Origin: Trichosphaerium sp. ATCC 40318
Taxonomy: Eukaryota; Protista; Tubulinea
Direction: 5' to 3'
NCBI GenBank assembly: GCA_038496445.1
Contig: JALMLS010000453.1
Coordinates: 233,875 to 297,874 of the forward strand
Length of the DNA: 64,000 bases
This document shows positions 37,082 to 49,164 of this stretch, in pieces (position 1 is the first letter of the stretch; every line of letters begins with the position of its first letter). A program made the position numbers and the translations under genes. Under the pieces are notes generated by a model. The model worked only from the letters and a program-made list of their open reading frames with translations, searched no databases and was not told the origin of the DNA.

Positions 37082-40000
37082 TTATGGTTTGTACTCCTTT
37101 AGTACTTGTATAACACGTTCAATTTCCCTCTTTGTTGTTGATTTACTTAAGGAGAATCGAATAGAGCTCTGAGCTTCCTTTGTCGTCCTACGGAAAGAAT
37201 GTCAGAACGCAATTTTGTGATTAAACATTCACGATTGTCTCTTTTGACGTTACCTTCCAATAGCAATAAGAACGTGGCTTGGTGTATTCTTTACACTAGA
37301 ACAAGCTGAACCTGCGGAGCAAAATATTTGATGTCGAGAAAGGTACTGGATAAGTCTCTCAGACTCCCATTTTGGGAAAACGATCTTAAGAAAAAAATAA
37401 GAATGGAATGTTACAAGTAAAAAAAACGCTAGACGGAGCTCTCTGAAGGGTACTACGTACATTCAAGTTATTGCATAGACGCTTATCATTACCAGATTTA
37501 ACAGATAATCCATTTATCTTGGCATTAGGTACAACCTCTTTAATACCATGGAACAACGAATCTCTCAAATCGGATACTTTTGAAACAAAAGAATCTCTGT
37601 CTATTTTTGCTGCTTCGCTGAACCCTACTATACCAGGAATATTTACAGTTCCAGACCTAATATTAAACTCTTGACCACCACCTGAAAACCAACAATAAGA
37701 TAAAAAATTGTACTTTAGTCTTACCATGAGCCATTGTTGATATTTTTGTCTTGTCTTTAACATACAAAGCACCAACACCTTTAGGTCCATGGATTTTATG
37801 TGCGTTTAGAGTCATGAGGTCAATATGTTGTTTAACGACGTCTATTTTTACTTTTGTAAAGCTCTGGCATGCGTCTGTATGAAACAATACGCCATGATCG
37901 TTACAAATCTTTCCAAGAGCTTCAAGGTCTTGAACAGTGCCGATTTCATTGTTTCCATGTACTAAAAGGAAAAAAAAAGTAAGCACAAAAATATGTGTTT
38001 CACGCATCACGTGTTTTTGAAAAATAGTCACGTGCCTACTGAAAATAAAATAGTTGATTCTTTTATACTTTCTTTAAGACGTTCAGGTGTCACAAGACCA
38101 GTTGAGGTGACAGGCAAAATAGTAGTCTCAACACTACAAAACAATTGAGCTAGTTTGAAAATACTAAACGAACATTGTATTACCCTTGCTTTTTTAGTGC
38201 GCCAACTGCCTTTAATACAGAGTCGTGTTCGATAGAAGTCGTAATGACATGCATAGGTTTACCTGTGTAAACGAAAGGATGAGGAACAAGCATGACGAAG
38301 TAATAATCTAACCTGGATTATTTTTCCTGTAAGCTGCTACTACACCACTGATAGCCAAGTTATTACTTTCTGTACCACCCGAGGTGAATATAATAGATGA
38401 AGATTTTGCATTAATAGCATTAGCAATAGTATCACGTGCTATGCCTGAACAGGAAAAGGACAGTAAGCAAAAAAAATTTAACGAAACAAACAAGATTAAT
38501 AATTTACCAACGGCATCCTTGGTCACTGCACCAAAAGCGTGAGGGGAATGCATGTTTCCGAAATCACTTGTAAAATAAGGTATCATTTTCTTGAGTATAT
38601 CTGCGTCAACAGGAGTAGTAGCTGCATTATCAAGGTAAACAACAGCGGAAGGTATCTGAGGAAGCGAAACCTATTGAACAAGTTAAAACTTCAGAACGGA
38701 TTTTTTTCGTTGCAAACAACCCTTACCTGCTCGTTTTGTGTTTCTCCAATACAAGTACGTTGTCTTTTGGCAGGACGTTCTATTTCTGATTCATCGTCAT
38801 TTCCATTAATTAAATTATTTACAATCTCTTCATCTTCATCAACGCCATCAATCTCCATGGGCTTAACCTTGAAACAGAAATTAAATTTGCGCGCCAAAGT
38901 CTATCCCTTCACATACCTCACTCTCTTTTTGTTCTTCTTCTTGAACGCCTTCGGGAATCCATGGACATACCTGTATGGTGTAAGAATTATATCAAGAAAG
39001 AGGTTGATAGAACTCACTGTGTTGTCAACAACTTGAATTTTTGGGCTGACCATTTCCCTCATCATTTGTACTTTTACTTCACCACCAACAGTAGTTATAG
39101 AAGTAATTTGAGCGCATTTTACTGCACGCGTCACAAGGCCATTTACATTTAAGTTATCCATGTATTTCTGTAGAGGCATCTAAACAAAATACACTTAACA
39201 CAAAAAAATAATAGTTTTAGAACAAAAACACACCTCTTCGCCTCTGAGATGAAGCGCTGGATGTTTACCCATAAAATAGGAACAACAATCACCATAAGGA
39301 AGTGTTGATAGGTCATAAGTTCCTATTTTTTCAGCAACTGATATAATCTCTTGCTTATTAAGACCTAAACGGAAAGAGTAAACTTTTTGTCCGAGGAAAA
39401 AAAACCAAGAAAAATAGTTTTGTTGAAGTGTTTGCTATTTGTACCTATGCAAGGAGCTAATATTGGTAGCTCTGATGATTTATATATAGCCTCAAGGTTT
39501 TTCAAAGTCTGGGATGCGACTTGACTGAAAGAATCTCCTGTACAGAGAAATGGTGCCTTGTGTTTGTATCCAATTCTTGAACCAATCTATTTTTACAAAA
39601 GTTAGTACTTTTTCTTATCCTGTATATGATGCTTTGTACCTTTGTCATAAAACGCCTGTATACAAGCATACGCTCATTTGCTGGTACTTTTTCTATAATT
39701 GCTGCTTGCACTTCAGCAAACGGCACAATATAAAGAAAAGTCCGGGTCTGAAAATGAGCAAGTTGTTCAGCAATTCTTTGAATCTTATCTTTAACTGCTT
39801 CTTCCATCTGTTACGTTTTTTATGTTAAATGTAGTCAAAAATCAGAAACACTTACTTGATTTTGGTTCTGATAATGTACTAGAATTACTCTCATACCACG
39901 CTTCATCATCAAATACGATGAAACAGGTGAATCCATTCCGCTACCAAAGATTTTAAAAAACTGAGATCATTTCATCTGTTGTGGGTACGTACCCGGACAA

Positions 40001-41721
40001 TAATGCCACGCATTTTTGCCCATCTTGTATAGGAAGTCCTCCAGGTCCACTAAGAATTTTGTCATAGATATCTAAACGAGGTTATGAGTTTGTTTCACGT
40101 AAAAATAAAAAAATATTTTGACTTATGCATACAAACATTATCTGCTGTTACGCGAATTTCTAGGCGTAAGTGACCTTCTCCCATATTTTTAACCTTTCTT
40201 ACTTCTCTATTAGGCCATTTTTTCTTAACAGCAGCTATCAATGGCGTCTTAAAGCTAGCTGTACTTTCTGTGAGCTGATGATATGGATCTTTGAAAACAA
40301 AATGGACTATAGACCACTCCTAAGCAAATGATTTAATCTACTATCCATAAAACGATTGCTATAAAGCTAGGTGGGTATAATTAGACGTATTTCGTACGTC
40401 TTCTTTCGTTTCTAGACGCTTTATAACTTGGTCAATGACAAGTTCTGTATCAAGATCAAATCGAGTTGCTTTCGCTACACGACTGACTCCAGGCACGCGA
40501 GAACATATAAGAGCTATTTTATCTGCATCGCTCCTTTTCTTTGGTACTACAAACATGTGATGGCCATTCTCGTTATTACCATCTAAAGAGGTTAACTCTT
40601 TCTTCGTTTACTTTTTTTTTTGAATGAAAAAAAGTTCATACTTGAGATTAGTGTTTTCGCCTTTGAACGGACATGTTGCATGAGTAATTGAGTCATAGCC
40701 GCTCTATTACCACCCTTTAAGTACTTTTTTAATGTTAAGGATAATTTTATATTAGAAGGAACAATAAAAAAAGCAAAAGGGTGCAAACTGTGCTGAACAT
40801 AAAAGAAAAAAAAGATACGAGCTCAGAAAACATAACAAGTATGATCACTTGGCCATCTGTAAACTTCTGATATGGACGTAAATGCTTAGGTTTGATCTCA
40901 TGGGTGGATATATAAGCTCTTTCCAATCCTATTTTTTTAATGTCAATGAACGAAAGGTACTACAAAAACAAACAAACATTTTCGAAAAAAAACAACAAGG
41001 TAACGTAAAAAACTGAAGGCAAAAAAAACGTTAAAACGTGCCTATTTCGACGTGGATCTTTAAGGTTTCTTTTGTTACTTTCTTTACAGCAGGTTTACCA
41101 TAAGCTGTCTGTATTTCCCCTTAAATAAACAGTTTGAGAATGAAAAAGACGTAAAGTCACTTTAAAATAATTAATTAAAGGTATAGTAATGATAAACGGA
41201 GGATTTATAACCGTACTACGTAAGAACTGGGGTTTCCGAAACGAATTACGTAAAAACTGTTACGAACAAAATTGCGTACTGTTGACAGTTGCGAAATATT
41301 CCTTTGCGACGCCTCCAAATTGTTTTCTAGGGCCTCTGAAGTCCAAATCCATCAATAAACGATAGTTTGAAAAGTTCTCGATTTCTTCACGAATAAACGT
41401 AATTATACTCCTTGATAATTCATTGGGTTCTATTGGTGCAGTGTTTACGATTGAGTAATTATCGATTACGCGCATTTTAGCGATTGTTTTCGCAAATCTC
41501 TCCATATCGTCTTGCGGTACAGTAGCAAGGATAAACTTGCCGTCAGTTCGGTGTTTGATACCCGCATTTGTAAGCTTTCGCCAAAACTTATTGGTACATT
41601 TGTCGTTGCTTCCTACAAACACCCTATCCTTGAACGATTTGTTTTGGCGCATAAGAATTACATTCTGTTCATGTATAGTTGATACAGAATCTCCACACAC
41701 GCTACTACCGCTATCCGCCAT
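37082..41721 (-). CDS. thiI-iscS: Fusion protein: degenerate NFLD-THUMP + ThiI tRNA 4-thiouridine synthetase + acidic/NLS linker + group I cysteine desulfurase (IscS/NifZ-like); ~22 exons, ~1050-1100 aa
   Basis: ThiI motifs after splicing: IILVMFSEL|YLKGGNR, SRVPGVS, LRLEIR, GPGGLP..GQKCVALLSG|GMDSPVSSYLMMKRG (PP-loop SGGxDS), LVYRRFM, TGDSFSQVASQTLKNL, PILAPCI|GLNKQEIISVAEKIGTYDLSTLPYGDCC. Desulfurase motifs: YLDNAATTP, FTSGGTESNN, TTSIEHDSV, HGNNEIGT, FHTDACQS, NAHKIHGPKGVG (PLP Lys), GGQE..RSGT, SAGSACSS (catalytic Cys), PSHVL, SIRFS. The linker exons join in phase 0 through canonical GT-AG introns with no stop. Confidence 0.9.
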
Positions 41722-42007
41722 GGTATAGTTACGTACAATAATATTAGGATATTAAGAAATGATAATAATCAAGTACAGCGAAAATTAGCAGAAAAAAAGC
41801 CGTTGTACTTTTTTACACACAAATACAAAATGCTCGTTATGACTTTCAAATTCTTGATCCTTTGAAAACACAGTTTGAATCAGCAGAATAAAACGTAAGA
41901 AATTCTGTAATTAGACCACCCAACTCGAATTGATAGCAACATAATTTCTTTTAATTATTTACAAGCAATGTACAAAGGGAGAAAAAAAATACGGTAATGA
42001 GACTTCT

Positions 42008-43585
42008 CTACCGGACAAGCTTCGCTGGAGAAGCAGTTAAACTCTCCACGTCGTCTCGCGTAGCATTCTTCGTCAATGGTTCAGGTGTAGTTGAGATAAG
42101 TTCTTCGCTAATAGATTCCAAGGATTTAGGTGAGCTAAGTGTCGCTTCTGCAATATTATCATATTCACCACCATCACAATAACCACTCTCTAACATTCTA
42201 CGCCTTGTAGACCAGCCACTTACTTTAGTACTCGCTTTGATATTCATATTTGTAGGTTCTTTAATAACAGCCTGGCTAACACCAACTGGGCTTGATAAAG
42301 AAGCTGCACCGAAACCAACAGATACTGGAGACAAGTTGGCGTAGAAACTTGGATTGAAACTCAAGAAAAACACCATAAATACAAGGCAAAATGCTGTAAC
42401 GGTCTAAAAAGAATAAATCAGTAAACGTGCTATACTCTGAAACGGTTTTTTTTTCGATAAATTAGTTTTTGAACACGTACCGCAGTTTTAGTTACCGCTG
42501 AGAAATTCATCACATCTGCGAAAAAGTTCTCTGTGTCAACATGGTTTTGCTGGGCTTTGAGCTCAGCATTTTCCTTTTCCAAAACTTTTACACGCTCTTG
42601 AAGAGCGGTTACGCGTGCTTGTAAATCTTGGTTCTGACTCTCCAAACTAAGAAGAAGCGTGTCAACACAAATGAACAATTAAAATGGTTTTTTGTAGATT
42701 GGGAAAAAATCTAAAAAGTTTTCTTCTTTTCATTCTATCGTTGTGTACGTACACTTTGTTTCGTGTAAGAGTCAATTCTAACTCCTTCTTCTTTACTTGT
42801 CTTGAACGACTTGCGTATTCACGATTTTTTACCTTACGACGTTGTTTCTTAATCTCCTTTGTCTCACTTGGTGTAAGGGTGCGTTCATTCATGAGTTTTT
42901 TGATACGAAGCTCAAAGTCTTGGCTAGATATTTGTAGGAGTTCTTGAGGCGTCAAAGTAACAGAACCAACATCTAAATAATTGTTTGAGACCGTGTTTTA
43001 GAAAAGCGATAATAAAAATAAAATTAGGCCGAGATTGGCTCGTACCTGTTTTTTGGGCTTCCTCGCGTGTTCTCTTACGCGTTTTAGGTTGCGTGGTCGT
43101 GCGTTTAGAAACTTTACTGCCGCGCGGTTGTTGGGCTCTTGTACGTCTGGTGGTTGGCTAATTATACTGTAAGAGTAATGTTTCGGGCATTTAAAAATAT
43201 AAATAAGCTTTTTACCCTTGTTGGTTCTTTTTTCACTTGTTTCAGGTTTTTCACTGGTTCAATGTATGGTGGTTGGTCATCCTCACTTACTGATCCAACG
43301 GTGCTATCACTTCGTAGGAGTTAGTTTCAAATAAAAGAATTACAACCATTACCATGAATCTGCTATTGAATCCTCAGTACTCGGCGAAAGAGGTGGATAG
43401 GCAGGTTGTAACGGAAATTCAGAGTCATAAACCTCAGCGAAGCCCAAGTCCGGTAAATCATCGGTTCCAAGGGTAGTATCGTAGCTACTGCTGTATTCTG
43501 CCATATTGATACTGTCGATAAATGGAGTATCAGCCATTAGAATATCTATGTTGCTATCAGACCAAAGCCCGTCAGTCGTTGCCAT
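42008..43585 (-). CDS. Membrane-tethered bZIP transcription factor (ATF6/CREB3/bZIP28-like)
   Basis: Acidic N-terminus, basic region KKQRRKVKNREYASRSRQVKK, leucine zipper LESQNQDLQARVTALQERVKVLEKENAELK, TM TVTAFCLVFMVFFLSF, luminal RRML (RxxL site-1 protease motif). Confidence 0.85.
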
Positions 43586-43890
43586 GTTTTTTTGGGGTTT
43601 TTTTAAATTGTAAAGTGCCGACGTCGGCAACTGAAATTTGGCGATTTTTCATTTACAGAACGCTTTCTTTGTGTAGTAATGACATACTGCCCAGAATACC
43701 TACAAATACGATTTGTTGTAGAATTACAGTTATTGATTACAAACGGCTTTTGGGGTTTGTTTACTACGTTTCCAACTGTGGAGCTAGCGAAGGGCGCTAT
43801 TCAGTACGTAGTAGCTGGCGTATTGACGTTGTTTTTACAACAATCCGCAAGTTGCCCAGTCAGCAATTACACAGATTTCTCAAAAATGTA

Positions 43891-44878
43891 AGTTTATTTT
43901 ACCATTAAACCCTCGTACAATGGTCCTCTTTCATCAACAATAGCGATCTGCTCTTGGCTAATGAAGAGTTTACGTTAAATAGTTTCAGACAAAAGTCAGT
44001 GTACCTCATCAAAACATCCGTCTGTAGAAGCCCAAGATCCTTTATAACACCAATCGAGACAACACTACACCGTCATGAGCCTAGAATCCTTCTTAAATCT
44101 ACGTACATCACCAATCCCAACTGATTCTTCCCAGTCTTCTTCACTATAGCTTTCGCCTTGGTAGCATCTAAAGCAAGCTATTCAGCGGACGAAAGTATAC
44201 GTCGATATTCCGTACCCAAGCCATAGCCAGCAATTGTACGGTCCTGCATGCGCTCAGTTAGCGAAATTAAACCAAACCAAATACGCCAAGTACACACCTG
44301 ATTCAGCGTCCCTGTATTGGATGCAATCTGGTCCACAGCATCTTGGTGGTGCGTTGCCACAGCAATATCCTGTTAATAACCACACAATAACCTGAAAAAG
44401 GGATTTCAGGTCCGCAAGTCAAACGAAAAGAATCAAGACTAAAGTGTCACATTTTGATTAAAACGGAAATGCTGGGACGTACCAGAATAATATCTAAAAA
44501 CAAGTTTGCTGCTACAGCTGCAACCAAAATAACTAACCAGAGCGGAAATAAAACGAGGAATGTGATTTTCCGGCATCTGTAAAGGCGTTAGTGCTTTGAT
44601 CAGTGTTATTGCGCGTACAGGTTACCACCTACGAAAATGGATAGCGCCCAGCGGTAGGCGTTCATCGCTAGTTGTAATTTAACGCATAAAAAGCACCTAC
44701 TACGCACAGTTATTGCAAACAAAGTCGGTATCTAGCGGAAACGGTGAGTCAGAAAAAAAAAGAGCACACAAAGCATACCACAACATCTAAACACACGAAG
44801 GAGAGGCATAATGTATATTCTACGCTATGAAGTGCTTTTTTTCTCGATTAAGGCAGTACACTTACTTGCTTGGTGTCA
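43891..44878 (-). CDS. Small multi-exon Cys-rich membrane protein, unknown function (model uncertain)
   Basis: Exon-like blocks with splice signals translate to VIVWLLTGYCCGNAPPRCCGPDCIQYRDAESG and CYQGESYSEEDWEESVGIGD. Ends not firmly resolved. Confidence 0.4.
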
Positions 44879-45141
44879 TTGTTGCAGTCACGTTTAAGCA
44901 GCGCTAGCATTTGAAGGTACAGTATTTGTATAGTTTTGTAACGAGTTCGTCGATTAGCATTTTTGAGTGTTTTTGTGACACTCTATGACGCATTAAATTA
45001 ATCTATGTTGCATGCTGGGCCTACTACACCACTATTTTCGTTCACATTGTAGCACATGCTGGAGCGTTTCAGAAAAGTATTTTACACCAAACTCTTTCTT
45101 TGAACTGTTACTTGTTGAAATTATCTTTTATCGCGAATACA

Positions 45142-45988
45142 ATGTCAGAGAGACATCACAACAGCTATTGTTTCGCGTTGGTGGTAGTACAACACCCTGT
45201 ACGCAAGCTGAAAATAAAAAAGAGACACCTTTGGCTTAAAATCGCTGTTTACGTTTTATGACGCTTAGTTAGAAGACAAAGAAGTTTCTTTTGGTAAATG
45301 AAACCCGGAATAGGGGATGGTGGTTACCAGGCGGCTGTACGCTTAATTCTTTCGCTTAATACATCTAACAGTGTGAGTAGCCGTTGACAAAGGAGAAACG
45401 TACTAGTGACTTCGATAGTTACCTGCCTCATTTACCAAAACAATAAAATAGGTTCCCCTACGCTGCTGTACGCGAAACAGAAGAGGAGGGAGGAATGAAC
45501 GTTGAATTAAAAGGTACGTGTTCGTCACACGAATCCAATCAGTAATATAAAAAAGGTATTCTGAGGATAGAAAGAACCCCAGAGCGGTCGAGCAAAGACC
45601 ACACCCGTATGAGGTAAGATAGGATTCATGTCGCACCTGTGTTGTTGTTTACAGCTTTAGAATCATATACTATGCTGAACCAATTGATTTGGATGCGCCT
45701 ATCAAGACAACTGAGGATGAACATTCAATTGAATCAAGGTTCAGAAAACTCGTTGTTTTTCAGTATCTATTTAACACCTTTGCAGATGGGTCACTGTTAA
45801 GGATCTAAGCAAATTGCCTCAAAGGGGAAGCGAGCCATTGGATTGGTTCACTTATGTAAACAATGGTGGGCCGGTATGGGCTACATAGTATTTACATAGG
45901 TTAAAGATATTTTTGTTTCTAGGTGTATCCTTTATCTTTGTACAAGACTAAGAAGAAGAAAAAAAAGATTGTAGCTAGTAAAAAGTAG
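45142..45988 (+). CDS. Nudix hydrolase (NUDT18-like)
   Basis: Spliced: MSERHHNSYCFALVVVQHP|KTKKFLLVNETRNRGWWLPGGSVDKGETFPYAAVRETEEEGGM (exact Nudix box GX5EX7REUXEEXGU), then GILRIE, IIYYAEP, DEHSIESRW, GGPVYPL. Missed by the ORF track. Confidence 0.85.
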
Positions 45989-47177
45989 AATAAATAGCGA
46001 TCATTGGGTTGTTGAATAACTGCCAGTATGAGTTGACATTTAATACTATCCCTGCGCCTGGTGTTGTGAGTACCTGTTGAACAAAAAGAACGATCATAGA
46101 CTGCTATGCAGCGCCTAGTTAAACTATCCGTGGCTCCTTTTAATTCAAATTCCCTTCAGTCGAACAGGTACAAAAAATATCAAGGAGGTACATTCCTAAA
46201 ATTACGTTTTATTAATCCAGTCTTGTACACATTGATTGTAAACATTAGAAGTACCTTACATCACGAGACAACGCCAATACCCCTTTGTAGCTACTGCTTT
46301 AATTGTATGGAGCTGCTTAATATCCGAGTACTTGGAGATACGTTTTCTATATGTAACAAAAACAAAAGTATCCTCCCTAGGTGAGGACACGGTATTTTTA
46401 TTTGTTTTCATTCAGATGCACTTCCTAGGTAAGGCCGCTGGTTTTTGTTTTTGAGAATTCTTTTTTTTTTTTGGGGTACCAAGTAAGTTCTATGTTCACC
46501 GATACTTTAAGATTCCGGAAGCCGCTCATAGATTTGTTACTTTTTTTTTTTTTTTTTTGGATTTTTTATTGGTTTTATAGACCGACCATTATGTGTCTAC
46601 TTTCGTCAGCCACTACGAAAGGTTTAAGGGTTTTATGTGAGTCGCTTCGGTTAGTCAAACCGAAACTAGCTGTGGAGAACTACTTCCATCTGATATCTAG
46701 AATATTTTCGTTTCTTTTTATACCCATAAAAACTACACAAAAATAAATTGTGGTATTAATAGAAGCTTCTAGAAGGTTACTTCACTGAAATTTCTATTTT
46801 AATTACTCAAATATGGATAATGCACATCTCAAAACGCTCCCAAAGGCCTGTGATAGTTATTTACACGCGTGGAAACCACAGTGGACAAGTTTTGTATCTA
46901 AAAGCGTGCAACTAAACGAGAACTTCTTTTTTTAGATACTCTTTCCTAATTACTCAAATATGGATAACGCTCATTTGGAAAACCACAAACCTTGTACTAG
47001 CTATTTTCATGTATTTAAAACTGTTTTGGCGGTATTTTATAAAAAATGTGGTGCTAGTGCAGGAAGAGGTAATCTTGAATCATAGCAATAACATTTTAAT
47101 CTTCTATTTTTTTTCTAAAAAGTAAACTTAAAGCTTTGAACATTTATTGGTCTCCCAAGTTGCTTGTGGCATAAATC

Positions 47178-48611
47178 TCAAACAGAGAGAATACCCATAG
47201 CCAACACAAGTACTACATCAAACAATACACGTGAAGTGCTGCTTGGAGGCGAAGTCGGCGCGACAGTAGGCGAAACAGTTGCTGCAATGGATGGATTTTG
47301 AGTGGATGTTGGTGTTGCAGTAGTAGGAGAATTGGTGTTAGGATTGGTAGGAGGCTCAGTTGGATGAGGAACAATGCTTGGGTTTGGATACAAAGCCATA
47401 TCATAGACGCCAACAGTAACGTTGTTTTCCAAAATGGGTGAAAACGCAAATAGTCCGATGTTGAAAACTATAACTGATGAGTTATCACATACAATGAGCA
47501 GAATTTCATCATCCAAGGTTGACAATCCTAGACAACATAATTAACATCCGATGGCTCACGATGCATAATCTAGCTTGAGAACTGAGTTGTTTACCTGTAG
47601 GTTGTGTACAAAAATCTGGCATTGATTCAGTTCTTGTTGTTTCACAATTCGCAGTGAGATTATCTTGAGGAATCGAAGCTTCCATGATCATACCAGAGGT
47701 ACCAATACGATACAAAAAAGTACCAATGACAGCAGCTTAAACGAGAGTGAGTACAAAACTTTGTTTAAATGTGCTTATAGCGTTCGTACCGTGCTGTGTG
47801 TCAGGAGTGCCTGTGACAATATCATGACATCTCTTTGTTACATTACAAGTATCGACATCAAGTTCAGCAAGGCCAATGTTCGTATTTGCGGATGACATTT
47901 CACCCCACATGAACAACTTTCCGGAAATGGGATCAACACTCAATGAAGTGTATGCGCTTACATCACATTCCTTCAACTAAAAACGCTTGGTAAGTAACTT
48001 GAAATGGTTCTAGTACTGTATAAAGCTACAATTTGTGTAATTTTTAATCATTGGTTTTTTTGCGGAGGTTTCTGGTTTACAACCCAGTGCGACGTATACT
48101 TCGGAAGACAGTGTTACGCTACACCAATACAAGTTGCAGTACCGGTAATATCACTTTGACAAAAGACAAAGAGCTCCAGAAAGTCTGAAAGTCAGATCAA
48201 AGTAATGTATAATTTTGACGAAAAAAGCATGTGTACCTTTGTGCAGTTTCTATCGTAAACAAACGTCGGGTCTCCGTCTTGCCCACCGAATCTTCTGCCA
48301 CGAGAAAGAACTATTCTGTTATCTGGTAGAACTGCGATACCCACAGTATCGTGAAAACGTCGAGTGGAGACGTTAGCACACTCTAGCAAATGTTTAGACA
48401 TTTTTGTTAGAAAAGGTGTGTTTTATCACGTGCCACCAATTATTTGAGTTGGATCAGTCCTGTTTAAAAAACGGATACCGCTAGTACCATCGACTGAATT
48501 CTCGTAGTCTACGATATAACTTTCGAAGGCGTCAGGAACGAGGATATCAAGCGAAAGAGCAACGGTGAGTGGAATGCACAGAGTAAGAAAACAATTGAGG
48601 TATGTTGCCAT
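47178..48611 (-). CDS. Probable GPI-anchored surface protein, paralogue B (inverted relative to A)
   Basis: Same exon pattern as A, with near-identical blocks (GLAELDVDTCNVTKRC.DIVTGTPDTQH; YRIGTSGMIMEASIPQDNLTANCETTRTES). C-terminal SSTSRVLFDVVLVLAMGILSV*. Confidence 0.8.
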
Positions 48612-49164
48612 TCTTGTTGAGAGTAAGTTGACTAAATGTGTTGCACAACTGTGTAACTGTGTAATGATGTCTCAACACGTGATTTCAAATAAAATATTCA
48701 ATACATGCCGTTTAAATAGACCGGTTTGCTATTGGTTACCTTTTTTTTTCTTTTTTTGTGTACACCACGTTTTACAGCCTTCCTTTTAAAGAAAAATAAA
48801 GCTGTATATCAATAATTGTATGTAGCTTGCCTAAATCAATAGTGTGCCAACATTTAGAATAACCACTTTCTATGGTTTGGGTTAAAAATCTTGTGAAAAG
48901 GTGTTACATTTTAATAATGACAACAACAGGTGGCAAGGTACGTCAATTTAAATGTTACATAATTGTCAGTGTTTTCTCGCTATCTCACGGATTCCCGTTA
49001 ATTCTCGGAGGGTTAGCTGAATATCTTCATTTGTTACAAAAAGCTTGCATTCTCGAAAAATCGGCCAGCTGATTCAGACTTAACTTACTTATTTTCCTTC
49101 TTTGGTTAAGCTATCATAGTGAAAAACATTAGAATCGTAAGTGTGCTTCTAAGTGTGAAGCCCT

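Noticed and set aside
37082-38640. Stand-alone mitochondrial Nfs1
   Set aside because: No own start or presequence before YLDNAATTP; upstream exons splice in frame from ThiI; the Nfs1/IscS C-terminal extension is absent.
38901-38970. Basic KKKNKKR NLS and stop codon in ORF 38901-39179, which would end ThiI separately
   Set aside because: It arises from reading through a canonical 47 nt GTGAGT...CAG intron (39017-38971). The spliced frame gives VCPWIPEGVQEEEQKESE and continues. Intron retention remains possible and needs cDNA.
46798-46995. Short direct duplication TAATTACTCAAATATGGATAA
   Set aside because: Two degenerate intergenic copies only; not an array and no functional cue.
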